From Candidatus Latescibacterota bacterium (lineage in GTDB: Bacteria; Latescibacterota; UBA2968; GCA-2709665), in assembly GCA_965237675.1 (NCBI GenBank), contig OZ250150.1, forward strand, positions 4,608,001 through 4,672,000: DNA of 64,000 nt, written 5' to 3'. Shown here piece after piece: positions 1-10,217 of this stretch. The notes under the pieces were generated by a model, which was not told the DNA's origin, made no database searches, and was given only the letters and a program-made list of their open reading frames with translations. How positions within the stretch are numbered: position 1 is the stretch's first letter; each line of letters opens with the position of its first letter. A program made the position numbers and the translations under genes.

Positions 1-770
1 CTCAAAAGCAGTTCGAATTCGAGATGATCCCCACGCCTCTCCTCGTCTTTCCATCGAGTCCACAACGACGGAGCCGAAGCCACAGGCCACATAGTGGCGA
101 AGGTCTGAAATATCCGCCTCGAAGAACCCTGAGTCCCTCAGACGCGAAAACAATCGAAAGGCTGGCCAGACTGGATTGTGAAGCAACACGCCGACCAGTA
201 TCTCTTTGCTTCCCAGGAACGCTTGTTCAAAATCGATGAACGTGTATACGACGCCATCCCGCAGGAACAGATTCCCCGGATTCCAATCCAGTTTGATCAA
301 CAGCTCTTCCGAAAGCTCAACTTTCGCAACCTGCTCGCTGAGTTCGTGGAAAAGCGGGGCGAAATCGTCGCCATTGGATGCCAGCCGAGACAAACTTTCA
401 TGTAGCGAGGCGAGAGTCTCATCCGCCCCCCGCCCTTCGAAATACCGGTCTTTCAAGTCCGAACAAGGTGCTGACGCGTTGAATAAATGTGCGATTTGAT
501 CGACATAACTATCGGTCAGCATGTCCAAATCGTCAGTGGTCGGATCTACGTCGTGCATCAGGGGCCGGTCACGCGCTCGATTACGATGAAGGCGTCCGGA
601 CTCGAATCCAATAAGGTCGGAATCAGCTGAGATCCACCATAGTGCCGGTAAAAACCAACCTCACGCCTGTACTTGCCGGCTGGGTCGCCATTCTGATTGT
701 AGGTCTTCCTGACTGAACCGTCAGGCAGATAGTCGATCTGGCTCGTACGGCCCGGACCTGGCGGCTTCAT
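1..770 (-). pseudogene. APH/choline-kinase-like phosphotransferase, frameshifted, runs off the window edge
   Basis: ORF 558..770 continues after shifts in a CCCC run (~562) and a G run (~427) into a frame reading KLDWNPGNLFLRDGVVYTFIDFEQAFLG (DxxxxN and DFE motifs). The shifts may be sequencing errors. Confidence 0.55.
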
Positions 771-795
771 TGACTGTCCTCACTAGCGCAATTGC

Positions 796-878
796 TGTTA
801 ACTTTTTCGCCGCGCTCGAACCGCGAAGCGGTTGCGCCGAGGGCGAATGGTCCGGAGCCGGGCACGGGCACGTTATGC
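796..878 (-). other. degenerate attC-like recombination site
   Basis: Minus strand GCATAAC...TTCGCC...AACCGC-TTC-GCGGTT...GGCGAA...GTTAACA; an imperfect palindrome between the stop at 904 and the next start at 770. Confidence 0.4.
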
Positions 879-903
879 GGTCGGGGTCCATCGCCTCCTT
901 GAC

Positions 904-1690
904 TCATAAGTGTGCGATGGGCTTCTTCAGAACCGTCCACAGACCTGACATTCCGAAGTGTCCGGTTTCCTCAGGTTGAACCGCCATGGTCTGAAACTCA
1001 AGAATCTCGAAATAGTGTTGCAGAATGCCCCTCAGCCTATCTTCAGAGTAGCCAATTCCCGGCGGCATTTTCCCCTCTACATATACCTCCCAGTCCTCCA
1101 CGGGTCGCCAGACATAGCACCCTGCACCCCGCCAAATCGCCCAGGATTCCTTCACGGTTATCGGCGATTTGGACAGCACGATCTTCCGTCAAGTCGAGAA
1201 CAGGACGTGAACAAACAATCCCGGCTTCCGCGAGTGCCTCCCACTTGAAGATTTCAAAACCTGCTGTCTCGACTTCCTGAACCAGACTCTCTGGCAAACC
1301 CCAGTAACGCGTTGCGATCCCATTCTCTATTTTGCATCGGGTCACGGGATCAAACGGATAATCTGCCTCCTTTGGCTCACCGCATTTTGTCATGACGATG
1401 AATAACCCCTGAGACTTCAGTACACGATGAACATTCTTCAAGAATGCAATGCGGTCTTCGCCGATGATACAATGCAGGCAAAGGGCGTCTATGATCACGT
1501 CAAAAAATCCGTCCTCGTTCGGCAAATCGAGGACGTTCCCAACCTGGAAATCCGCTCTCAGATCCTGTTCCTCAGCCTTCTCCTCTACCCAGGCAATCGC
1601 CGTTGGAGAGATGTCGATTCCATAGGCTTGAAAGCCCTTCTCTGAAAGTAGCAGAGAAAGATCGCCGGCGCCACATCCTGACTCAAGCAA
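904..1690 (-). pseudogene. mosaic of class I SAM methyltransferase fragments
   Basis: LESGCGAG motif I and DALCLHC in 1043..1690 with an in-frame TAA just upstream; then a GDLAGCRVLCLA segment; then a separate-frame methyltransferase-like C-terminus (904..~1110). Confidence 0.6.
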
Positions 1691-1991
1691 AGTGCCCGGT
1701 TACAACTCGAACTGCTGCAAGACATTGGTCACTCTTGCAAACGAATCCTGATAGAGTTCCGGTGTATTATATCCTGAAGCACCCTGTTGCCTGAGTTTTT
1801 GGAATTTCCTCTCAAAAACCCCTGGATAGTCAGTCCTCAACATTTGTTGCTCGCCTTGGAGAAATACGTGAGGGATAGCGGTGCCATTGCCTCTTCATAT
1901 CCTATCTACAAATCCCAAATCTGCCGTGGCACATAGCGTTTCACCGTTTGCGAACCTTACGCAGCTTGGTTGAAAGAGGTCAAGCCGCGGG

Positions 1992-2522
1992 TTATATCGG
2001 CATTCGTAAGGTAGACAGGTCACGCCTGAAGCGAATTTGTCGTCCTTCATCTCGAATCCCACCATCACGGCGCCACCCCATGCCCTCGTAGAACGCGATT
2101 TCTCGCTCGTAACCTTCTACGCTCCACAGTATCGCCTCATCGTAGCCGTCTACAACCAGATAACGTAAAGCGACAGACGCCAATGCCTTACCAACGCCTG
2201 TGCGCCAGTACGACGGATCGACAGCAATCGTATCAAGTTCACCGAGATGTACATCGACCGGACCTCGGCTGGGTCCGATGCCGACGAACCCTACAGTCGA
2301 ACCCCTACGCTCGGCTACCCACCAACGATGTGGGACAGCCTGACCAAGATCATGTCGCCAGCGATCAGCAAGGGATGGCGTCACAGTTCTATCGACCTGC
2401 GACAGCAGTGCGCCAAATCCAGCATTCCACGAATCGACATAAATCCGTGCTACAATCTTGGCATCAGCGGCTGTAGCCGAACGGATCGTTGGTGGTAATT
2501 CTCGTGTCCTGTTTCGTCTCAT
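1992..2522 (-). CDS. GNAT family N-acetyltransferase
   Basis: IRSATAADA N-terminus, AVDPSYWRTGVGK acetyl-CoA motif, FYEGMGW. Confidence 0.85.
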   Translation of the reverse strand: MRRNRTRELPPTIRSATAADAKIVARIYVDSWNAGFGALLSQVDRTVTPSLADRWRHDLGQAVPHRWWVAERRGSTVGFVGIGPSRGPVDVHLGELDTIAVDPSYWRTGVGKALASVALRYLVVDGYDEAILWSVEGYEREIAFYEGMGWRRDGGIRDEGRQIRFRRDLSTLRMPI

Positions 2523-3643
2523 CTGATTGCGATTGGTTCTTCATCCTGTGGCACGTTTCGTCCACGAGTGGCCGAATCTGCGCAGCAGGTTTGTCCGAAG
2601 CGACGGCGGGCAAACGATGATATTAAAAATAAAAAATCCCCTGTATGGGATGTTGCCTCGAACGTCCAATTTGGGTGGTGAATGAGAGCGTCATTTTCGC
2701 GCAGCCAACCGGTCAAACGCGTTGGGACGACGTCTTTGCTGCTGTATCCAACATGGTCTCGTGCTCCTTTGCCCTCTCGTTTGCTCACTAATTTACGGGG
2801 GACCGCTGTCTCACTAATATAGGCACAGAGGGTTCCCCTGTCCAAGCAAAGTCAGGAATATTCACCATCACAACTGCCAGTATTGCCAATGATCGTGTCA
2901 TCAGATGTACCCTACCTTATCGTCGAGTAACCTAAACAGTTGGAGTGAGGAACAGGAGCTATCGATTCGTGCTTCCGCTTTTTTCGACTGGTACGACGAT
3001 AACAAAGGATAAAGCGATAGAAGGTTTTGTGAGCGATTACCACGGTGGTTGGACTCTGCCTTTGCGCCAGTTTTGCATAACGACGGCATTGGCGAACATG
3101 TACGGTAATGCGGGCCAGATCGGAGAATTCCCGAACGTTCGGGAACATCACACTTTGAAGCTTGTATCCCGAACATATTCAGAGATGCATCATATAGTGC
3201 CATCGTCTCAACCACATCGCTACCAATTTAAACCTGCCTCAATGTATGCAGAGTGATCGGGGTCTTTGCGGGACCCCGATCGTCACCCAAGTATAGATCC
3301 CTGTGGTCTTTGGGCTTACCTGCAGGATAAACACCTGGATAAATCGCGGGTCAGGGCTTCAAGTTCAAACCGGTTCGGCAGCGGGAGCGCCCATTACTTC
3401 GCAGCTATCCGCGGCGAAAGATTCGGCAATTCACCACGCCTGGTCCTCAGTAATTACCGATGTTGGCAAATTCATGACACTCCGAGGTATCTATACGAGA
3501 CGTTTTTCATTCCAGGGGTCGGTGTCGCCTGTCGTCTCCCGTTTTGCGAACCCCGAGAAGAGTTTGCCGGCAGGCCGGTACGCGCACGCGACTTAACGAT
3601 ACGCTGTTCTGATGCATGAAGCCATTCCGTCAGAAGTCGGTCC

Positions 3644-4009
3644 TCACGAGTCGGGGGCCGTTCGTGTCACGGTTGACTTGAAAAACCGCTCCTGGAATTC
3701 CGTCAACGCCAGGATCTGCTCGTCGGAGTAGTCTGTGCCGGAAGGTACGACAACAAGCTTGTCGTCATCGTCGTCAGATCGTAGAATGACGGCGATACAC
3801 CTGCCCCTGAAGCTCTCTATCGGCTTGAACACACCGAGGATATAGGCATCCAAATTTTCTCCATCGGGCGCCGGCACGCCAGGAAGAAATCCGTAGTTAA
3901 CCGGATAGATGAACCCGGCTTCAGGATGCCTGGATCCCAGAGGGCGGTCGATCGAAACCTGGACAATCTTTCCAATAAACGTCCTGGCGTCCACGATTTC
4001 GCCTGGCAT
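3644..4009 (-). CDS. short inorganic pyrophosphatase family protein
   Basis: IDRPLGS, YPVNYGF, DGENLDAYILG and DDKLVV motifs. Confidence 0.8.
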   Translation of the reverse strand: MPGEIVDARTFIGKIVQVSIDRPLGSRHPEAGFIYPVNYGFLPGVPAPDGENLDAYILGVFKPIESFRGRCIAVILRSDDDDDKLVVVPSGTDYSDEQILALTEFQERFFKSTVTRTAPDS

Positions 4010-4048
4010 GTCTGATTGTCTTCCGGTAAGATGTCGACTCAGGCACTT

Positions 4049-4393
4049 TCACGGAGGATCGTAAATGCAGGCATCGAGAATACTCAAGACTTCATTGAGC
4101 ACAGACTGAGGCGCTTTTGAGACAAGCTTCGCCATCCGGCTGTTGAAATCAACTGATTTGATCTGTTCTACCATAATATACCCGCTGATTGGCTGTCCTT
4201 CAGGAATGGCAACATGAAATGGAATATCCCTGAAGGTGCTGGTGATCGGGCACACCATGGCAAGCCCTGTATGTCTGTTGAACATCGTCCGACTGATGAC
4301 CAGTGCGGGTCGGCGGCCCAGCTGCTCATGACCGGACTGCGGACTGAAACTTAGAATGACGAAATCGCCTTTTTCTGGAAAGTATTCCGGCAT
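4049..4393 (-). CDS. mazF: PemK/MazF family endoribonuclease toxin
   Basis: FSPQSGHEQLGRRPALVIS, VCPITS, EQIKSVD; abuts an AbrB-type antitoxin. Confidence 0.92.
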   Translation of the reverse strand: MPEYFPEKGDFVILSFSPQSGHEQLGRRPALVISRTMFNRHTGLAMVCPITSTFRDIPFHVAIPEGQPISGYIMVEQIKSVDFNSRMAKLVSKAPQSVLNEVLSILDACIYDPP

Positions 4394-4642
4394 TTACCAC
4401 GCTTCTTTCCCAGTGGGATCTCCCCAATCCAATGCTTCGACCTGATAGTTCGACGGCATTCTTGAAACCAGTTCGCTCAGATCGTACTTCCCCTTCACCC
4501 TGGTAAGAGGTTCCACGATGATCTGTCCATTCTCGACGGAGACATTGACCTGATCTCCAACATTGATTTGGGCTTCCGACATTATCGCCTTGGAGAAACG
4601 AAGTCCCTGGCTGTTACCCCATTTTTGCACTCTGGTCACCAT
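4394..4642 (-). CDS. mazE: AbrB/MazE family antitoxin
   Basis: VQKWGNSQGLR AbrB motif; C-terminal DWGDPTGKEAW. Confidence 0.92.
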   Translation of the reverse strand: MVTRVQKWGNSQGLRFSKAIMSEAQINVGDQVNVSVENGQIIVEPLTRVKGKYDLSELVSRMPSNYQVEALDWGDPTGKEAW

Positions 4643-4674
4643 CGGCTGCCTCCTTCAATTCAGCGAATCCATGA

Positions 4675-4714
4675 TGTATATACTAAGTATATACAACCAT
4701 CTGTCAGATGGCAA
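4675..4714 (-). promoter_or_regulatory. sigma70 promoter and palindromic operator of mazEF
   Basis: Minus strand TTGCCA-17-TATACT; perfect palindrome TGTATATACT-A-AGTATATACA (4675-4695) overlaps the -10. Confidence 0.8.
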
Positions 4715-4877
4715 GGGGTTTCAATACTGGATGCGCGGAACGCCCCCTCCTTCACGACAAAGACAAAGTCGCTGCCAGCCTTACTCTCCGTACGCAATCC
4801 CAATCCATCGACAGCAAAATCATACATTTACAGCGCGGAAGCCTTTGGGGAACGCGCTGGTTCGCTCCACCGCCCAA

Positions 4878-5002
4878 TTACCTCCCCCCTTTAGGGAAAA
4901 TCGCAGAAGCCGAGCCGGTCCACTAAGCACTAGCCCTGAGCCTACGGTCCCTGAGCTTGTCGAAGGGCCGAAGGGCCAGGCGACGGCTGATGCGGTGGGG
5001 GA
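4878..5002. repeat. composite palindromic repeat with nested CCCTGAGCTTGTCGAAGGG units (copy 1)
   Basis: Shares CCCCCTTTAGGG..TCGCAGAAGCCGA.CCGGTCC ... GGCGACGGCTGATGCGGTGGGGG with 18492-18594. Confidence 0.8.
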
Positions 5003-5173
5003 ATGTACACCCCTCAGAAATCATCTCCGATTCACCGTTACAGACAGGCAAGATCCGCGATGCAGGTGCCTACGGGCTGTTGGCGGCGAAAATATAAGAC
5101 GCCAAAGGGCGTATGCGCCGCAGTCGCGACTCGTTGTTGGACGTCGATCGAGACCATCTTCTCGATGAGCAAG

Positions 5174-5788
5174 TTAAGGAAGGAATTCCGGGCCTGGCCT
5201 CATGCTGCGTGCAGTCGGTTGATAGAACTGGTCGTTCTCCAACTGAAACCAACCAAGCGGCTTGCCATCCGCGTCTGCCACCTCGATCCAAAGCTCAAGT
5301 TGAGGACGCCGAATTTCTCTTAGCGCCATAGCTTCAGGGGACCCCAATTCCGCTGACACAACAACGCCATCCATTCTCAGGAATGCGCTACCTTCTGCGC
5401 GATACTGGAGATATTCAATTGTGTCGCCCTTGGAAAACCTGAAGGTATCGTGCCGGCCGCCACCTCGGTAGTAATCCGTCTTCGACAAATAGAATACCCG
5501 TCCGTACGGCCCACCTTGAATTGAGCCATCCTCGCGCGCAAGAAATAGGCCGGGCGTAACCGTTCTGAAGCGGACATCGTTCGGCTTGATAACTTCACCA
5601 CGGGCGAGACGAATCGTATCCGCAATTCCGGAAAGAGCCATGGGCGCTTTTCGCAAGACCATCTCATCTCCGGAAGCCTGAATCCTGTGGGGACCCTCAC
5701 CCGGAAACACACTGCATTCGAATGCCAAACCTGGATTTACCAGCACAGCAATGGCGAAAAGCTCGGCGAAAATCACGACCCTGTACAT
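5174..5788 (-). CDS. hypothetical exported protein
   Basis: Open frame of ~200 aa with a signal-peptide-like start MYRVVIFAELFAIAVLVNPGLA. Confidence 0.55.
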   Translation of the reverse strand: MYRVVIFAELFAIAVLVNPGLAFECSVFPGEGPHRIQASGDEMVLRKAPMALSGIADTIRLARGEVIKPNDVRFRTVTPGLFLAREDGSIQGGPYGRVFYLSKTDYYRGGGRHDTFRFSKGDTIEYLQYRAEGSAFLRMDGVVVSAELGSPEAMALREIRRPQLELWIEVADADGKPLGWFQLENDQFYQPTARSMRPGPEFLP

Positions 5789-6064
5789 AAAGCTCTCCTT
5801 TTCATTATCATCTACGAATTTTATTATCAAACAGTTACGAAGAAATGTACCGAAGCCTGGAAGCTCCGGACGTTCAGGAGAGTCCCACGTTGATCAATTA
5901 GTCCGAGCAAATCCCGGAATGTTTCCTAACGCGGTTGCGCTTTGCTCAACCCTGCCTGCGCCGAGCGCAGTGCGGCAGGCAATCCGTCAACCCTACCTCT
6001 GACCCACTATCATAAAGACGAAACCCTGGAAGCCGAACAAAACCGGCTATGCTTCTTGTATCGG

Positions 6065-6507
6065 CTAGCCGGGCGATTTCACCATCTGAAAGTGCGTATC
6101 ATCTTCGTCGACAATCTCGAATCCCAGCCGCTGGTAGAACGAAATACCGCGAGTGTTGATCTTCAGAACCTGAAGCCTGACCGCCATTTTCCGTGCACGG
6201 GCATCACGGATAATAAGGCGCATACACGCCATCCCGAGCCCCTTCCGCTGGTATTCAGGAAGGAATTAGATCTGGTGGACTCTAACTGCATCGGCAGTCG
6301 AGGACGTGGCAAAGTAACCGACGTCGATCCCCTGAAACTGGATGATTTGTACATCCTGTAAAGCAAACCGCAAATCTGCAGTTCTCGCTGATCGATTCCG
6401 TCCCAGCCCCAGACCAGTTCGGCGTATTGCCGAAACGCCGCCTCCTTCACGGCAAAAGCGAAGTCAACGTCCGCCTGGACCGCCTTGCGAATCCATAATC
6501 CTTCCAT
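6065..6507 (-). pseudogene. GNAT acetyltransferase pseudogene
   Basis: N-terminus IRKAVQAD...WGWD, a frameshift near 6372, an in-frame TAA, then LPEYQRKGLG...FYQRLGF. Confidence 0.75.
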
Positions 6508-6585
6508 AGCGACACTCAAGATACCACGTACCGACGATCTACCCGTGACGCGCCCCGATCGACGATTGCGGAAAACATCGTGCTG

Positions 6586-7176
6586 TTATGTCGCGCCAAT
6601 GGATTCCTCGTCCCCGATGCTCGGACATATGTCAACGACGTCAAAGCCGGGGCCGGAAAGGACGACCCAGGACGGCAGACCCAACTGTTTCCACAACGCG
6701 AAAGGTTCCAATTCTGAAATACGGCTCACGAATAGGCTAATTACAGTCCCATGGGTGACAATTGCCATGTTCAGCCGTGGAAAGCGGTCTGAAAGACCAT
6801 ATACGGTCTTCGAGAACCTGTCATACGCGCTGTCCGCGGATTCATCACCGAAAACACGATCGGCGGGTTGCTCGTAAAATCGTCTGATCGACTGCTCGAA
6901 TCGTTCTTTTTCCAGAAAACCGACGTTCTCGCGCACATGTTCGTGCAGCCCTTCGATAATTTCCATGGGGACCTTGAGCAAGCCGGATACGATTTCAGCC
7001 GTTTCCATGGCCTTGAGTTCGATGCTGCTGATAACCAGATCGAGATCATACCGGTCCAATTCCTCCCCGAGTATCCGTGAACGGACGCAGCCTTCCTCGG
7101 AAAGATGCCAGTCCTTGGCGGGGACGGCAGGATCGATCTCCGGTAACGAGTGTTTCACAAGAACAAGCGTCTGCAT
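6586..7176 (-). CDS. histidine phosphatase (phosphoglycerate mutase-like) family protein
   Basis: LVKHS, SSIELKAMETA, LHEH, IVTHG. Confidence 0.85.
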   Translation of the reverse strand: MQTLVLVKHSLPEIDPAVPAKDWHLSEEGCVRSRILGEELDRYDLDLVISSIELKAMETAEIVSGLLKVPMEIIEGLHEHVRENVGFLEKERFEQSIRRFYEQPADRVFGDESADSAYDRFSKTVYGLSDRFPRLNMAIVTHGTVISLFVSRISELEPFALWKQLGLPSWVVLSGPGFDVVDICPSIGDEESIGAT

Positions 7177-7319
7177 TTTCCGGCGTCCCGTACCTTTCTT
7201 GTCTGCTGTCCCACTACGCTTTCCAGGCGCGGAGACGCGCAGGCGGTGCAACCGTCAAGCGGTTTAGGTAAGCGACTCAGCCCGAACTACATGCGCGGGT
7301 CTGTTCGATTCAGGCGTTC

Positions 7320-8129
7320 CTATTTGTCAATGACTGCTTTCCAAAGCAGGCGACGCTGCCGAATATCAAGCTTTCCATGTTTTCCGTGGCGGAAGAAAAT
7401 GGCCTTCAGAGCTTCTTCCACTTCGGAATAGGACGGTGTATCAGCTGGGGGCCGTCCGAAAGCAAGCGCCTTGTATAACCGTCCGGGGCCGTCCAGCAGG
7501 GCAGGCACGTCGAAAGTCCAACAACTGTGCAGTTCAATCCCTGCCTCCGCCAGGGCCCCCTTAACCGTATCCAGCATCACGTCCGGAAGGTGGTGGTTTT
7601 CACGATCGAAGGGTTCCGGCAGCTCAACATTCCATTCGGGAACGGGTAGTCGACCCGACATGCACAACTGAATAAGAATGCCTCCGCTTCTTACAACCCG
7701 TTCCGCGTCAGCGATCCAGTGTACAGGCCCCCGCCGAGAGATGATCAAGTCAAGAGACTCGTCCCCGACCGGTATTCTCACCCTCCCCTGATTTGCCTTC
7801 GCGCTTGAATCGTGTACGAGGAACGTGACATTTTCCAGCCCGACGGCCCGGGCATTCTCCCGCGCAAGTTCGATAAATGAGGGAACCGGATCGTACCCCA
7901 GAAAGCTTCGACAGAGCGGGGCGAGCCGAAGTGCGTCTTCACCATGTCCGCAGCCCACGTCCATCACGTCCTTGTCAGGGCGCAGATGCGCCTTCACAAA
8001 ATCCAGGTAGAAGACTTCCCCACCGCATGCTCCAACCTCCACGTCTTGTGATGTGGAAGGATAGCCCTGCTGAGATCTCGCGAGTCTCTTGTACCACTCT
8101 ACGCTGTGCGGACGCGGACCCATTGGCAA
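7320..8129 (-). CDS. class I SAM-dependent methyltransferase
   Basis: VMDVGCGHG motif I; DLIISRRGP. Confidence 0.85.
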   Translation of the reverse strand: MPMGPRPHSVEWYKRLARSQQGYPSTSQDVEVGACGGEVFYLDFVKAHLRPDKDVMDVGCGHGEDALRLAPLCRSFLGYDPVPSFIELARENARAVGLENVTFLVHDSSAKANQGRVRIPVGDESLDLIISRRGPVHWIADAERVVRSGGILIQLCMSGRLPVPEWNVELPEPFDRENHHLPDVMLDTVKGALAEAGIELHSCWTFDVPALLDGPGRLYKALAFGRPPADTPSYSEVEEALKAIFFRHGKHGKLDIRQRRLLWKAVIDK

Positions 8130-8746
8130 TATCTCTTAAACGAGAACAAGAGGTTTGACATCGCTTGTTACGGGCGCTGTCGCAGGCTCACATGTGCGGC
8201 CGTTTGGTCATCCTGGCAGGCAACAACGTCAGGCGTTAGACTGCCCCGGAAAAAAACCGGAAGACATATTGATCGGTTCCTGTCCAGGACTGGGATAACA
8301 GGATGTTATCCCGTCAGGCGCAACTTGATATAGGGCTCTTCGCCGGAAATGGAGAGTTTTCGCTGTGTTCGTGACTTGCCGGGTTGGTGTTGGGGAACGG
8401 GTCAATGCAGCAATTTCAGGCGGTACTTCGCCGTTTCTCCGGATATGTGAGACATCACGGGTTTGTGGTTCATGTGGGGGCGGAGGTGTCCGGATCCGGG
8501 AGCGGTTGTTAATTGTTGACTCGGGGCAGGATTGCGGGGAGGTGTACCTGTGTAGCACGCAGCTATTTTCGGATTAGTCAACATGCCCTTCGGGCACCGT
8601 AATGCATGGGAATTGTCGCGTTGACAGACGTGTGAATCTCCAGGCGTTCAGCGGTCTGCCTCTTCCGCGGGACCCCGGGCTGGTTGTGGGATGGGTGGTC
8701 TGACGGCCGAAAGCTGAAGGCTGACAGCTTGTTTTCAGACCAGGAA

Positions 8747-8960
8747 TTACTTCAGGTTCAATTCCAATTTCTTACCCAACGCCGTGGCCGCTTTTCTCAG
8801 CGTTGACAACCGAATGTCTCCGGCGCGGTTTTCCAGGCGAGAAATCGCTGTCTTCTTTGTATGCATCAATCTGGCGAGTTGTTCCTGCGTTAAGCCGGCC
8901 TCTTCTCGGGCCCGACGCAGCAAGACGCCGAATTCGAATTCCTTATACCCTTCCTCCACT
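8747..8960 (-). pseudogene. XRE/HigA-type HTH antitoxin, 5'-truncated
   Basis: EEGYKEFEFGVLLRRAREEAGLTQEQLA...AISRLE...LSTLRKAATALG; the natural start is replaced by permease DNA. Confidence 0.7.
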
Positions 8961-9647
8961 GATTTTTTCTGAAAGTTCACCAGGTAATGCGTTCTCGCCG
9001 AGAATAAGATAGGTGTAGGCGGTACCGTGCTGCCATTCACCGTAAGGATAGGCTGCGTAAGGTACCAGTCCTTGGAAGGAAAAATGGGTATGCCGCGGAA
9101 GTTCGCCAAGTACGCCCGTGACCTTCACCGTTCTCTCAGATGATTTGCCTGCGTATATTTCCAATGCCTTTCCCAGGGGATCCACGTCGCCGAAGTAGCG
9201 TTTTGCCATGTCTTGGGAGATCACGATCGCATCCGGCGACGCCAGCGCGGTACCCGGATCTCCCTGTACAAGTGAAAACGAGAATACGTCGAAGAAGTTC
9301 GAGGTCGCATACAACAATTCTTCTTCGGTAAATTTCCGGTCCCGATATGCCATCGGGCTACCTGCAATTGATACGCGCTTAATGCGGACTGCATGTTCAA
9401 TATCGGGAAAATCCGCAACAAGCTTTGGACCGAGATGTGCAAAAGTCGATGGGCGATTCCACGTCGAGAATCTATAAATTCGGTCGGCGTATCGGTGAAA
9501 CCGGTCGTATCGCAGTTCATCCTCTATCAGCAATCCGATCATCAGACAGCAAGCAATCCCCACGGCAAGTCCGGCAAGATTGATGGCCGAATAGAGCTTA
9601 TAGCGACGCATATTGCGAATAGTGATAAGCAGCATGTTTCGGAACAT
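8943..9647 (-). pseudogene. truncated paralog of the MacB/FtsX ABC permease
   Basis: ~230 aa highly similar to the N-terminus of 10218..12635; similarity ends abruptly near 8960. Confidence 0.85.
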
Positions 9648-9724
9648 GGCCGGCGACACCTATTGATCTGTGCAGCGACCTTCAGGATTGGCGCATACGG
9701 GAGATGATAGATTATACACGATAA

Positions 9725-9841
9725 ATCAATAACCGTGCCTAATTGACATGTGCATATTTTACAAGGAGTTATATAATAGGAAGAAAGTCAAAACAATCGA
9801 GATGTGTTTGTTTTTGATACAGTATTGTTTGAAAACGGACA
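9725..9841 (-). promoter_or_regulatory. sigma54-type promoter with enhancer-like palindromes (copy 1)
   Basis: Minus strand AGGCACGGTTATTGAT; TGT..ACA boxes at 9805-9821 and 9826-9841; IHF-like TTACAAGGAGTTA; conserved with 12713-12829. Confidence 0.6.
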
Positions 9842-10217
9842 CTGATATGGCTCCGATGGTTTTGGAGAGTTGAAATTTCTAGCGCGGGTATCCCGGGAAT
9901 GGGCTCTTGCAGCCTTACTGTGTGGGGACGACTGTCTCAGGCGATTTGGCCATTTGTGAAGTCAATTGCTCGAAGTCTGACCTTGAAGGGAAAACCTCCA
10001 GACACACCTCGCGTGCCGGGTAGTTGTACGCCGTCAAGAGACCTGTTGCGAACGTTGAAGCCCTGATCGACTGCACAGCAAACAATACGGAGATCGCCGC
10101 AAAAGAAACCAAGTCGGTCAAGTTGGTGACCGCAATGTGATCCTCTCGACGCCTCGCGACAACGAAGAGGTCCGCGGCAGGCTCGAGTACATAACGATAT
10201 GTCTGGATTTGCAATTT

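Noticed and set aside
2519-3619. Several 80-120 aa ORFs on both strands
   Set aside because: No recognisable motifs or RBS and mutually overlapping; left unannotated as probable debris
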